A stretch of DNA of 64,000 bases from Gnetum montanum (GCA_015680685.1 MNCI01000527.1:62001-126000), one strand, 5' to 3'. Positions 12,190 through 25,989 are shown, numbered from the stretch's first letter. Translations and numbers: made by a program. The notes: a model not told the origin generated them from the sequence alone.

Positions 12190-15100
12190 CATGGAAAGGT
12201 TTGTTTTGCTAGATGTTGACCAATAATTTCTTATCTGGGCTTCCAAGTTTATAGATCATCATGGCCCCTAAAGGAAACGTTTCATGAATGATGTAAGGTC
12301 CTTCCCACAGCCTTTGAAATTTAGTTCGTTGTCGTACATGTGTGGGATTCCAATAAAGAACCCTATCTCTTGGTTAGTATGTGACTTTTCTAATTTTCAG
12401 GTCATGACATTATTTGTTGAAGGTTTTGTGTAGTTCATTGGATAATAGGATGGCTAATTGATTTTTATCTAGCAAGTTAAGATTCATTAACCATTCTTTT
12501 TGCGCTAGACTAAGATCAAGGTTAAGATCACATGTTGTGAATAGTGTATGGAGCTTAGCCTAGATAGGAAGTGTTGGAAGTTTACCATACACTAACTCAT
12601 AGGGAGAGTAGCCTATAGGGAGTTTCCATGTGGAGCGGTATGCCCAAAGAGCATCTTTCAGTTTGGTGGTCCAATCTCTACTATATTTGCTAATGGTTCA
12701 TGTCAAGATTTTTGTGATTTCTGTATTAGTGACTTCGACTTGACCATTCGCTTGAGGATGATAAGGGGTAGTCAATTTATGCTCAACTCCTAAGCATTGC
12801 ATCAACTTCCGAAAAGTAGCACTTGTAAAATGTGTACCATTATCAAAAATAAGTGCACAAGGTATGCTAACCCAATCTACAATTTATTGTTGAACAAATT
12901 GTGTAGCAGTAGATGATGTACAATCAGTAACAGTGGTTGCTTCTGCCCATTTTGTAAAGTAGTCAATAACAACAATAATGTATGCTTTTCCATTGGACAT
13001 TAGTGTAATAGGTCTCATAAAATTAATATCCCATATGTCAAAGGGTTCTAAAGGTTGAATCTATTATTGTGGACCCTCCATTCTAGTATTCATTCCCCCA
13101 TCACATTGGTAGTGCTTACAAGATTGGACAAAATGATGGGCATCCTGAAATAATGTAGGCCAATAATATCCTACAAGAAAAATTTTAATAGCTATTCATT
13201 TCCTAGTGTAATGACCCCCACAAGGGCCCTCATGAGCATCTTGGAGAACTCGTAATTAATCTACATCAGGAACACACCATCAAACCAAGCCATCGAAACA
13301 CACCTTGTAAAGGTGTCCATTGATTTCTATGAAATGTTTGACTTGGTGGAGAAACTGTTGTTTCTTTCTAACGTCCAACCCTTATGGTGTTTCTTGGGTG
13401 AGGAGATAAGTAAAAATTCTACTATATCAATTTGTATCTATGGGTGATTGATTGTTTATTACACCTGCAAAGAGGAGTTCATCAGGGAAGTGATCAGAAA
13501 TTGGGTGTTCGTCCTCTTTATTGTCCCATCGCAACTAAGATAAATGATCAACAACAACATTCTTAGTGTCTTTATGATCGATCATCGTAAGATTGAACTC
13601 TTGCAAGATCATGAGCCAACATATGATGCAAGGGATCACTATTGGTTTATTCATAAGAAACCGAATTGCACTATGATCCATGTGTACAAATATCTTATAG
13701 CCTAATACATAGTGCCTAAATTTTTCTAGTGCAAACACCACAGCCATTAACTCTTTTTCTGTTGTGGTGTAGTTGAGTTGTGCACCAGCAATACTCTGAC
13801 TTGCATAGTGAATGTAATAGGGATGTTTTTGGTTATCAAACTGTGTAAGTATGGCTCCTAAAGCAAAATTGGATGCGTCAATCATTATATGGAATGGTCT
13901 AGACTAGTCAAGGGCTTGTACAATGGGTGTTTCTATGAGCTTCTACTTCAAGGTTTGGAAAGCTAGCTCACATTCCTTGGTCCATTCAAAGGATACATCA
14001 TTTTTCATTAATTCTACCAATGGTTTTGTGATCTTCGAAAAGTTCTCAATGAAGCATCTATAATAGCTAGTATGTCCAAGGAATGATCGAACATCTTTTA
14101 TAGTTTGAGGTTGATGAGTGATTCCTTCAATGACTTTAATTTTTTCAAGATCTACCTCCATCCCTGTTTGTAAAATTTTATGCCCTAATACAATGCCCTC
14201 TTAGACCATTAAATGGCTTTTCTGCCAATTGGGCCTTAGGTTGGTTTCAACACATTATTTCAATACTTGCTCTAATCAGTCCAATGCTTGTTTAGATTCC
14301 ACTTCGTAGGTGGAGAAATTGTTCATAAAAACCTCCACACGTTGAAATGTTGTTGGAGCATTGCACAAGCCAAACGACATCTACCTATATGCAAATGTCC
14401 CCCAAAGACTTGTGAATATAGTTTTGGCTTAGTCCTCTAGTGCTATCTGGATTTGATTGTACCCACTATAACCATCTAAAAAACTATAATAACAATGCCC
14501 AGCAATGGTATCTAAAACTTGGTCAATGAATGGCAATAGGAAATGGTCTTTAAATGTTGCCATGTTTAATAGCCTAAAGTATATAGACACCCTCCATTTG
14601 CCACCTTTTTGGGGCACAATGACTAATGGACTAACCCATTCACTATCAGCAATGGGGTAGATGAACCCCGCCTTTAGAAGTTGTTCAATTTCTTCTTTAA
14701 CTACTTGCTTAATCTTTGGGTTCAATCGTCTTTGCGATTGTCATCAAGGCTTCATAGAGGGGTCAATGTAAATTCTATGTTGGCATATCGTAGGATCTAT
14801 TCCAGTTAATTCAAGATATGACCAAGTAAAGGATTTTGACCATTTATTTACCATCTTTAATAGTTTTTCTTTTTGTTGAGTGAGCTTAGCATTAATGATT
14901 ACCAATTTTCCATCCTTGAGAAATGTATACTCCATACTAATGGACAGCAGTTTTAACTCAAGGGGCTCTTGCTTAAACTTGTTAGGGATTTCCAACTTCC
15001 CCTAGTCAGTACTTGAAAATTGGTGATGGACTTGCTCTAATGCATCTATGCTATCGATATAGACACAAGTCAAGCCCTCAGTTGGTTCCATTCATAAAGA

Positions 15101-17395
15101 TGAATTTCTCTCTTGGTCAGCTATCAGCCACTGGGTACCTTCCTGTCTTATGGCGACTACATACAGGCATCTTTGTATGTCAATTAGTTATGCACACTCG
15201 TTGCATGCAGGCAATGTTAAGCATTGTATAAACCAAGACTTCTACATGCAGTTGCACCCTGTGTCACTATATGCGATGCATGGAACTTTCTTCTTCTTGA
15301 TCTTCCCAAACATATTTTCTTTTGATATCTCTAGGGAAAGATCACTTATTCCTAAGTGCACATCAATTGTACTCAGCCATGCTCTTTCTATTATGATTGG
15401 GAAGTCTCCCTTACAGTTGTTGACTTGGATCACTAGGAAATCAACTGGATATGACCACCCACAAACAGTGGTGACAATGTCCTCCACTAGTCCCAATGGA
15501 ATAGTGATGGACTAGTCGGCCAACTCTAAATGAATGTTACTCTTTTTTAGCAGAGGCAGGTTCTAGGCTTTGTATATTTCTTAAGAGATTAAGTTAACAC
15601 TAGAACCTGAATCCAAGAGATTTTTGCAAGGCTCATTTCCAGTGATTTGCAAATATATAAGAGGACTTCCAAGATCAAATAATTTCCTAGGAAGATGGCT
15701 AGCTTTAATCCAATTAGTGATGGCATGGGTTAACATAACAGTGTGCGTTGAGTGCAATTTTTAGTTTGAAGGAAGATCCGAAGATTCAAACAATGGTGAG
15801 GTGTTTGGACAATTAGCCGCTTGTGGTTGTAAGGACTTGGTTGGATTTTTGGTTCNTGAAGATTCAAACAATGGTGAGGTGTTTGGACAATTAGCCGCTT
15901 GTGGTTGTAAGGACTTGGTTGGATTTTTGGTTCTAAAGAAGGATCTCTTCTTTGATCGGTTGTCCAAACCAACAGTAGGTTGAGGATTGACAACCCTTGT
16001 AGTGTTACGTTGCTATGGCTGGGTAGGAAGCTCACCCTACATAGTTGGAGAAGGTGGTAATGGAGTTGAGGGTGGAAGAGATGTGGACACATGAGAAGGA
16101 TAGTATGTATGTGGAGCATCACCCCTAAAAGAAGAAGTTCTATAGTACTTGAGGGTCTGGTAGTGAGGCTGAAGAGTAACGTGACTAGTAGAGTCACATG
16201 GAGAGATCGACTACTGAACGTAATACCAGTATAGGTCAGGTTGATGGTAAGGGTACTGTTGATGTGGTAATGGCATTTCCCATCATTGTGGGTGTTGCCA
16301 CCATTGATACTATTCATTTGTTTGTGGTAAAGCTCCACTTAGATAATATGTCAAGGGTTGGTGGAACTACCTTGGGTTACCTTGAGGATAAGGTAACCTT
16401 CTGGATGCTTGCCGTCTGTTTAATTGTGGGTTTAATGCATACACCCTAGACTCTTGCAGATGTGACACCACTGGGGCACATCCCTTCGGATAGTCATATT
16501 GGAAAATGTCACATCCTCCATCATCATCCATGTCCGAATCTACAACCTATTCAATGATGGCAACCTTGCCCTTATCCTTGTTACGTGCATACTTAGCTTC
16601 TTTCTTTTTCCTTCTATCTCAGTCACTACTTTTTTCTCTAAACTCATCTACTATTTTTAAGACGGTTTGAGATTTTTTGTCTAGGGAATTCCACATTTGA
16701 TCCACCTTTGCTGATACTTCTGATGCAAATTTTTGAATAGGAATTCTTTCTATTCACCATCTCTTCAAGTGGTGACTCTTCTTCCTCTTCGCAAAATCTA
16801 ATTTCCTTCTTTCAGAGGGAAGGATCTCTGTTATACTCCTCTGCAATTTCCCTTTTCCTCAACTTATCTTCCTCCTTAGCAACTTGCTCTAATAATCTTT
16901 GTATTTGATGGGCTCTAAGCTCAGATAGCCTTCCTTGGGCATAAGTCCCAAGGGTTCTTCACGTTTCGTACCTAAGCCCATCTATGAGATGGTGTAGTTG
17001 TTCCTTTTACGAGTAACCATGGCCAAGGCAACGATGTAATAATGTATAATATTGGCCCATGGCAGCATCCAAGGGTTCGTGTCCTCCTTGTTTCCATCCT
17101 TGGATTTTCTTACGTAGGTTGGACACCTGGGAGTATGTTTGATACTTATTGTTGAATAGTTCTAACATGGTACTCCATTGATGAATGGATTCCGATTCTA
17201 AGGACCAGTACCAGCTTTCTGCTTCCTTTATTAGTGTTCGTGGAAACAACTTTAGCTTTTTCCACTTATTTTCTATATTTTGCAAGGCACATGCATCATT
17301 GAATGCTTGTAAATGGTTTTGAGGATCAGCATTGTATCCCCCTTCAAATCATGAGATGTTATTCATGTCTAGTCTTTTGATCCTACTATCCTTCT
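12190..17395 (-). pseudogene. gag-pol polyprotein remnants (gag, aspartic protease, RT, RNase H, integrase)
   Basis: gag KLFPRTL..EAESWY (17007-17285); protease LLDSGSSVN (about 15595-15625); RT WVSPLVIVP/KDHF.LPFIDQ/LDGYSGYNQI (14429-14725); RNase H DASNFALGA/NYTTTEKEL (13535-13885); integrase remnants at 12200-13450; many stops and frameshifts. Confidence 0.92.
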
Positions 17396-18059
17396 GGTAT
17401 ATGATTTTTATGTTTTTTTATATTTTCTATCTTAATCTCCTAAGTGTGTGTAATGAAAATATTTAATTAACTAATGGGTCTTTGTCACTCTAATGTGAAT
17501 TAGATCCTAATACCAGCAGCTGTTCCCACTCTCCGGACACATCCTAAACTAGTGTAACACTACTAGGATTACCAAATGCTAGTCGTTATTAGGTTACCAA
17601 GTGTTCCACGTATGCTTGAAGTGGTCATGCTAAGTATGCTAATTCGTTGGTAATTGATAATTAATAATTCAGTAAAAATAATAGTAATTAACTATTGAAA
17701 GCATCAAATAAAAATAAATAACATGAAATGCAAGAATTAAGCTATTTTGAATGTTGCAAGGTTTATCATAAAGTTCATCTTTATTTCCAGTCATAAGTTG
17801 TGCTTAGGTACACAATGCTCGAATAAAGATTTGTTCACTCTATGACTCCTACTACGGGCACTCAGAAATAATTCTAACTATGGAATGTAAAAACTATAAG
17901 AGTTCAACTAAGGAACTAAAAAAAACTAATGCCAAACCAAGTGCCCCTGTCTCTTGTTTATAGGCAATGAGATAGGTTCCGACATCACATGTTTGATATC
18001 ACTTCGGCATCTCCGATATTGTGTATCCAATATCGAGGATTCGATATCGGGACTCATCA
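17396..18059 (-). repeat. 5' LTR of the nested element, truncated by deletion
   Basis: Matches the left LTR from 9523 onward; joined directly to gag at GGTAT, with no PBS or 5' UTR. Confidence 0.88.
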
Positions 18060-18289
18060 ATTGGCAAGGACAATTATAGAGTTTGTATTAAGAATACTTG
18101 GATTAGATCATTGCAAACAAGAATCTCCTATGCTCATTCAACATTTTTTATCTTAATTTTATTATCATCTTTCATCAAGATGAATAGTTTTGAGGGAAAT
18201 ACTTGCAATGCACTATTATATTACATCTAAACTGTTTAGCCCCATCCATAATTCATACTACTATTTTAAGATTAGGTCATGGCCATAAC

Positions 18290-20990
18290 TATGATAGCTA
18301 TCAGGTTATTAAAAATATATCTAGACTATACCAGTTAATAGAAGCTCAAGTTAGGTGAGATGCTATTATAGAAGCTAGACATAATCATGATAAGGAAAAA
18401 TATGCACTTCATCTAGCATCACCATCTAGGAGGAAGGAAATTAAACTTTGATCGAGAAGGTCTAATCATCATCCATCTACCTCTTGATCTCTCATCTTCC
18501 ACATTCAAGATCCCATGTATCAGAGATTACATTCAATTTTGGTAGACAATCTTGGAAGGAATGGGATAGATCCTAAACTAAGGAGGACCTCAAGACTTAT
18601 GATTTTTAGTAGATCTAAATGAGAATAATCAATAAACCTCAAAGGAAGAAAAGCTAGCATCACTCTTTTAGTTCTCCATCCTTTCCATCACCCTCATTGA
18701 CAAATTTTGATCATGATGAACATAGACTTGGAGATAGAGCTCCACTAAGAGATCAAGCTAGATAACTTGGCAAGAATGATAAAAGAGACCAAGATAGACA
18801 ACCTATAAGAGAAAGAGACCATGATGAAAATGAATACAAAAAAAAATGAAGGCATAAGAGAAGACATGATCAAGAGCATCAAATGGACCATCATTTCAAT
18901 AGAGATTATGATAGACTTGATCATTTCAAGAAGCATGATTAACATTTGGGAGGTTGTTTTCATTCCAACCAAGCATCAAAGGAATAGGTGTATCAAGTGG
19001 CTAGATATCAATAGTGTTCTAAAATTTTAAGAAAGCTATAATGTAAATCCATAGCATCATCTACAAGCCTTCCATGATGCTTGTGCATTGCAGAATATTA
19101 AAAATGATTAGAAAAATCTCAATTTCTTTCTAAGCATACTAATAAAAAAAGCACAAAGCTAGTATAGATCTTTAAAATCAAGTTCCTTCTACAAATTAAC
19201 TACCATGTAAGAACTTTTTAATGCCAAACACTAAACATATTTAAGAATGTCTAATTTAAGGAAGTAGATCTAAAGATGAAGGTAAAAAAATTCTCAAGTC
19301 CATTAATGTAACCATGGATAGATATTATTCACTACTACATAAATGTCTAAGATATGAATTTTCTCAAAGGGAACAACTCAGGCATATCATTGATAGGTTA
19401 AAAACAAGATAAGAGAGGCTCTTAGGATTTATGCCTAAGGAAGGCTATCAAAGATGTGAGCTCATCAAATTTAAAGACTTATTAATCAAAGTAGCGAAAG
19501 AGGAAGGAGAATTGAAGAAAAGAGAATCTACAAAGAAGTACAATAGGAACCTACCTCTTCAAAAGAAGGATGTTCATGCCTATAAGATAAGGGAAGATGA
19601 AGATCCCATGAAAGAAGTGATTCAAAGAAAAACTTTATCAATCCAAAAATATATTTCTAATATTGTTGTAAAGGTCGAAACGATGTGAGACTCTATGGAT
19701 AAGAATTTTACAACTACATTAAATATAGTAGAAAACAATATGAAGCAAATATTTACAAAGAAAAATAAGAAGAAGAAAGAAGCATGAAGAAACATGTATA
19801 GGCATAAGTTAAAAGTTGTTATTATACAAAAGGTTGTTGATTCAAATTCAATAGGATATGATGAGTATGATTTTTTGCAATATGAACATCCTAAGGGATG
19901 TTGCCCCATCATAATACACTTATAACACTTGGAATATATGCTCTCAACCCCAAGTTTTTTAAGAAGAAAATGCCAAGAGATTACATTATCCACAAGTCAA
20001 TTATAGACAGTTCTACTAATAATTGTACTATCCAAGTAAGGCTCATTCTCAACCTTAAGAAGAGTATCACTAGAAATGGCTATACCCACAGTCATGGGGG
20101 ATACCATCACCAAGACAACAATCTCCCTAAAGGTCATTGAATCCTTTTGGACACTATGTCTAGCATCTTGTTTCTCCAAGTAGTACTTCTACTCATGCAT
20201 CTTATAATTACTATCTATTAAAATATCATAGACCTATCACTCCATGAGTTGATTCACCTTTCTACACTTCTCATCAACCAATATTACATCCTTAATAGTC
20301 TCATAACTCACTTCCTCCAATACCACCATCATTAATATAAGGAGAACTACCAACTCAACCATAGCAAAAGAATGCAATAAGAGTTGTAAATATGCAAATG
20401 AATAACACTACAAGTAATGTAGAACAAAAACCTAGATAACATACTTTGTTCAAGACAAGTCCAATGCCTATAATGAAAACTAATAGAACTAACAACCCAT
20501 CCATACTAATGCAAAAAATTATAGCTATGGATCCAATTCCAATTTCCATGCCTCAAAGTTATTTAAGCAAGCTTGTACTTCCTTCAAACCAAAATAAGAA
20601 CATAAAAAATATCATGGTATTCAAGCAATGAGTAAATGAAACAAGATAGGAACTATTCCCAAGAAGAGAATAGATCTATAAATTTCTTTAATCTACTTGT
20701 AAATAGTAAGAAATTCACCATGCAATGCTCTTCTGGACTCATGCTCTAAAGTAAATCTCATTTCCCAATACATGTATAAAGCCTAGAACCTACCACTACT
20801 AAAGAAATGTAATATAAGATTAAACTTGCTAATCAATCCATCATAGTTTTGTTAGGGTTAGTGGAAGATATAATGGCCCTCATCAGTGGATGGTCATATC
20901 CTCCTAATTTCTAGTTATCAATGTGGAACAAAATAAAGGAAAGTTTTTAATTATCATGGGGAAAGAATGACTTAGTACAATCAATAGGAA
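18290..20990 (+). pseudogene. gag and aspartic protease remnants of the old element
   Basis: Colinear with the gag of the other two Athila-type copies (e.g. HLQAFHDACALQNI at about 19057-19100); protease LLDSCSKVNLI at about 20730. Confidence 0.75.
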
Positions 20991-21449
20991 TTCACTGTCA
21001 AGATTGAGGAAGTCTTAGTCTTATATTTTGTAGAAGCCATTACTCCTATAATGAGAATTCCCAACATTAAGACAAAATTCGATGTCATTTCTACCTATTT
21101 TGATACTAAGACAAAAAAAATTTAGATGATAGAGAATATAGAGATTAGAGTAAGAAGTTTGAATTTCTAACATTAGCTAAGAAGATATATTTCAATATAG
21201 AAACTTATCATATCTACCCCACAAAGTGCCTGAACAAGATATCGACTTTTATAGTAAGAGGAAGCACTATCCTAAGTGAAAAGTATCAAATAAACATAGC
21301 TCATATTCTTTTCTTGGAGATAAAAATAAGATTCCAAGAGAAAGAATCAAAAAAGAACACATGGTGATTTTCCTGCCTAATTTGAAAACTTTGCAAGAAA
21401 ACGAGAATCATAAGATAAACAACTGATACTATTAGTAGAGCATAAAATG

Positions 21450-23310
21450 CTTCATACATTGAGATGAATAAACCTAATCCTACTAGAAAGAACCAAATGG
21501 AAACTCCAACTAACATAAATGCAACACAAACTAAAATATCAGAAATAGCCATTATATCAATACTATTAAGTATAATTCCTACAATAGGAACTATGAGGTC
21601 TAGCACTCCTGTTCCTATAGTAGATCCTAAGGTATATATATCAATAATGAGTCATTTGTAACAATTGTCAAAAGCTTTGACTTGGAGGACTAAATATTTT
21701 TAATAACTACTTAGTGTAACAATGAATGAACCAAAAGTATCTATGGACCTTGTAACTAAACAAATTTTAGTTAATGTTACAAGGAATGACTAGATAGCTC
21801 AAATCTTTGGGAATGTTGCTACATTCTAAGTCATCCTTGCATCAAGTGATGGGGCCAAAATCATTATTATGTCCCATGAAGGCCAAAAAGCTACTACAAA
21901 GGAGATTACTAAGCATGTCAATATGGCCCTAAATGTTCTTACAACATCCATTCCTAATTTTACTATGGAAAAAAATGTTCGAACTTCAGCAGATTTTAGA
22001 GGAGGAGGAGTTGTGCTAGCAAAGCAACATGAGGATGCTCTAAACAAACTATTCCAAAAAGGTCAAACAATTCAAGACATTTTTGAGATCTTTGAAAATA
22101 TCATAGCAATATAGTATAATCTTATTTCAACCAAAGGAAAGCTGGTGTTAGTAGAAATCCAACTTAAGCATGCCAAGTTGAAAGTACAAAAACTATTGGA
22201 TGAGATATTCCAACTATTTCTCCATAAATGCTTGGTCAATTTCAAACTAATGTAATCAATCCCCTAAGGGCGAACAAACATCAACTTGAAAGGAATAAGC
22301 CCATATGGGATGCATCCACAGTAGATGCAAGTTAATATGGATTAGAAAAGATTATCACTATGTTGGAGGAAGAGAACAAGGGCTTAATAGTAGAAAACCA
22401 AAGGCTAACACAAGTAGCAAAGAAGAAAGAGTAATATGATGCTCTACTAAGTCACCTTCATGAGCAAATTGTAAAATTTGATGTAAATATCATAACGTTA
22501 ACTAGAGATTACAAGAACCTCTTAATGGGAAAAGTGAAAGCATTATAGCAAAGGTCCACAATAGAGATTTGAACTTGGAAGGCTAGCAAGCAAGATATGT
22601 TCAAGAGAAACTACAAGAATCAGATAGGTCTCCAAAAGGAAATCAACAAGAAGGAGATCAGGGTAGCTAAAGCTCATATAAATGCTACCTTGTAACACTG
22701 GTTAGACATTGCTTGGACAAGCATCTTTGAAAAAATCTCTATAGTACATCAAATCAAAATCAAAGTCAAACTTGCATATTGAAGAGATGATACATTATAT
22801 GGAAATAGTTGACCTAAGATATGAAAATCTTGCAATGTTGATAGCTAGTCATCCAATGACTAAAGTGGAGAAAGAAGTAGCTACAACATTGTGTAAATAG
22901 GAGAGCAAACTACATGATAAAACAAAGAACTTACAAATAACAATTTCAAAGTTAGATATCCTCAGAACTCATTATATTAAGCAATGAGATGTCATAAACA
23001 ATCTAGCAAAGATAGTTGTAGATAACTAGGAGCTAAAGAAGAAATTCAGTACATTTGATATTAAGCACAAACTGTTTGGTACTTGGTTTATACAAGCAAA
23101 TAAAATGTTTTCAAATCTATTATATCCATGGAAAATTTCAACAATAGCAAGCCTAGGCAACCTAGCCTAGACCATTAACGATCCATGGACAGATCTAGAG
23201 AAGTATTAAGTCATCTGAAACCATTTCTTCATAGATGGACAAGCTACTAAACCATTGGAAGAACTATTGAGGCAGGAAGAGCCACTACCACTATGCACAA
23301 CCTAAAGATC
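21450..23310 (+). pseudogene. Decayed extra ORF of unknown function (long coiled-coil-like) in place of pol
   Basis: ORF fragments at 21464-21661 and 21869-22114, followed by Glu/Lys/Gln-rich interrupted frames; no RT, RNase H or integrase motifs between protease and PPT. Confidence 0.5.
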
Positions 23311-23524
23311 AATCTTTGATCATTTTTGAAGACATGCAAAATTCTATAGTTTTTTTATCATTGTCTAGATGTTTTGTCCTTTCTATAAAACCACTCAACA
23401 AATGTTATAATATAGCATGCAAGTTAGTTAGTTAGTTAATCAAAGTTGCCTCAATAATTTTGTAGCAAACTTTGTCCTAATTTTGTTTAACTCAAGGATG
23501 AGTTTTTAGTTAGTCATGGGGGTA

Positions 23525-24755
23525 TGATGAATAGTCAATAAATCGAGTGCAACATCGCACCTATGATATTGTAGTTGTGATATTGTATGTCTTTATATGA
23601 TATTGCAAATGTGATGTATCTAGGGCTAGTACTGCATATAAATATTATCCAACTAGTGCATTGAATGTAACTTTTTGATCCCATATAGATAAACTTTTGT
23701 AGTTTCATTCTATAATTCTAGTAACCATTAATGAGTGTTGGTGGTATGGTCTAAACAATAATTATTCATCTTTATTCTAATGGGATGTAATTGAACTTAG
23801 GTTAGATTTTACTTTTTCATGCAATTTATATTCCTTTGTACTTAGCTTAATATTTACTTTCATCACACGATAGTCACTTGGTGAAATGAGTAAAATAAGT
23901 TTTGAACATTATGTATAATCATTTAGTAACCCATTAGTGATATCACTTGGTATACCTAGTAGTATGTCACTTGATAATCTCAATAGCAATTACACCAATT
24001 TGGGTTTTGTACAAGTAGCTAAGAATGAATGTTCATTGCTCTAGGCTAGTTAGGATTTACTTCCATTGCTAATTAGATTCAATATTTCATTATAATATTT
24101 TGCTCTTTCTTTATGCCAAACAACATCATATTATGTGCCTCACCTTGGATTAAATCATACACATTGAACTGCAACTAAGGTTGGAATTTGACATTTTTTT
24201 AAAGCATCTTTGCATTATTTTGTTGTAAAATATGTTGATTTTTACATTTTAAGCATATTAAAAATGCTAAAATCTTTTTAAAAAGTGTCAATAAGATGCT
24301 TACCTTTAAACTAAATAAAAATTTAAATAAGAAAATATATGAATCTTTGAATATTTTTTATAATTTAATTGTTTTATTATAAAATAGATAATAATAATAT
24401 ATTTAATATTGATTTTTAATTATAATATAGAGTTTATGGTACATTAAATTTACATTAATAAGCTTGTATTTTCTATTTATAGCTTTTAATAATAAATAAT
24501 TATAAATCATCAAAATATAGTATTGCCCACTAGAATTGAACCCATGACTTAAAAGTTTCCAAATCACAAATCTTTCAAAAGTAACTTAGAGTTTCCAAAT
24601 CATGAATCTTAACTAACCCAAGTATGAAGATAATGATTATTGATGATGTCTTAACTATCTAAAGTCACATTTAGTCCATCCATGAAATACAATTAGTCAA
24701 TACTAACACTTTTGATTTGTATGGTTAGACGGACAAATGACTTCATTGCTCATCA
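23525..24755 (+). repeat. 3' LTR of the old element, interrupted by a ~450-bp insert
   Basis: Alignment to the 5' LTR breaks at about 24169 and resumes at about 24620; ends CTCATCA. Confidence 0.8.
24170..24620 (-). mobile_element. Very AT-rich insert with a tRNA B-box-like motif (possible SINE/MITE remnant)
   Basis: Absent from the 5' LTR; minus strand GTCATGGGTTCAATTCTAGTGGG (about 24525-24548) resembles a tRNA T-arm/B-box. Confidence 0.4.
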
Positions 24756-24880
24756 ACAATTAAAGTAAACATCCATTGATTGATTGAATTTATTATATTA
24801 TTTGTATTGCTTGCATTACATTTAAAGCAATATGATCTATTTCACTTAACATGCAATTTATCGTTCCAAAACTTCTCGGT

Positions 24881-25052
24881 ACTTAAAATTCTCACTCAAA
24901 AAGGTTACAACTATATATATAAATTTCAATGATGAATGATTGAAAGGAATAATAAAAAATAAACTACTTAAAATTCTCACTCAAAAAGGTTACAACTATA
25001 TATATATAAATTTCAATGATGAATGATTGAAAGGAATAATAAAAAATAAACT
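24881..25052. repeat. Near-perfect tandem duplication of about 85 bp
   Basis: ACTTAAAATTCTCACTCAAAAAGG...AATAAACT occurs twice, differing only in the TA-run length. Confidence 0.85.
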
Positions 25053-25989
25053 AAATAATTATCCTAAGTGATGTATATGATCGATAAGACATTAAGGAAA
25101 CTTTTATAAAGAATTATGAATCTAATTGAATAGAATATGCACCTCGTCAGCCCTTTCCCAAATATTAGTGGCTCCAACTAAAGGACAAAAGCCATGCAAA
25201 ATGTTTACATAAGTCAACGCCCTAAATCTCAGTAGCCCAGCTCAAGCAAAAGAAGTCGCACTAAATGTTTCCTAGAGCCTACAAATTTCCGGTAACGTAA
25301 GTTACGGGGAGCGGTTATAGCTTCCAGACAGCAACCTACAATCAAGACAAATACCCAGATACCCAGGTCTCCCGTAGGGGTGGTCCGGCCTAAGATATAG
25401 GTCGCTCCATTATCTTGGGTCGGATCTTCCTAACAAGGGTAGCAAGGAACCAAATATGTATGCCGGCTTTCGCCTAGTGTCTTAAAGAAAACGTTGCGTG
25501 AAGTCTACTTCGCCGTACAAAATATACACAGAAGAGTTGCAAGTTCATTTGTGGTACCATTTTATTATTATTAGGGTGTTTTGGCAAGTAGGCAGTTGGT
25601 CCATCTCAGCCAGCTTGAAAAAAACTCATTTTACTCAACCTAGGTAAATTATCCATTCGCACCCATGATCGTTCCAGAACTGGTTTGCAAAACAGGTGTG
25701 GCTCGTGCAGAATTGAATCTAAATTTGTGAAAACGGCGTATGGCACGAGTTTGGCTGGAATAATATTTATACGGCAATATTTCAAAAATCTAACTTTCCA
25801 AAAGTATAGATAAAATAAATGTTATGGTATAATTACATCTGCCTGCGAATGGCCCATGGCAGACTGCGAACGGGATGACAATTGGGCAACAGGTTGTACT
25901 GCAAAATTGTAGATAACCTTCCAAAGCATTCCGTTCTCGAGTTGCCTTATCACACTGTCATCTGGTTCTGGCCTTAGATGGCAATGTTC

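Larger units (their letters stand above)
9346..18059 (-). mobile_element. Athila-type Ty3/gypsy LTR retrotransposon, nested, decayed
   Basis: Perfect TSD ATTGG (9341-9345 / 18060-18064); termini TGATGAGT...ACTCATCA; PPT at 10184-10198; gag-PR-RT-RH-IN order on the minus strand. Confidence 0.92.
8396..24755 (+). mobile_element. Old non-autonomous Athila-type Ty3/gypsy element (gag-protease plus extra ORF, no RT/RNaseH/integrase); hosts a nested element
   Basis: LTRs at 8396-9218 and 23525-24755 (TGATGA...TCATCA); TSD ATAAT (8391-8395) / ACAAT (24756-24760); decayed tRNA-Asp PBS at 9219-9238; PPT at 23510-23524. Confidence 0.8.

Noticed and set aside
15780-15933. Exact 76-bp duplication around a single n at 15856
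   Set aside because: Identical copies flanking one N are typical of overlapping contig ends; likely an assembly artefact.
25390-25405. TAAGATATAGGTC resembling the group I intron S element
   Set aside because: No matching P, Q or R elements or P7 partner could be found.
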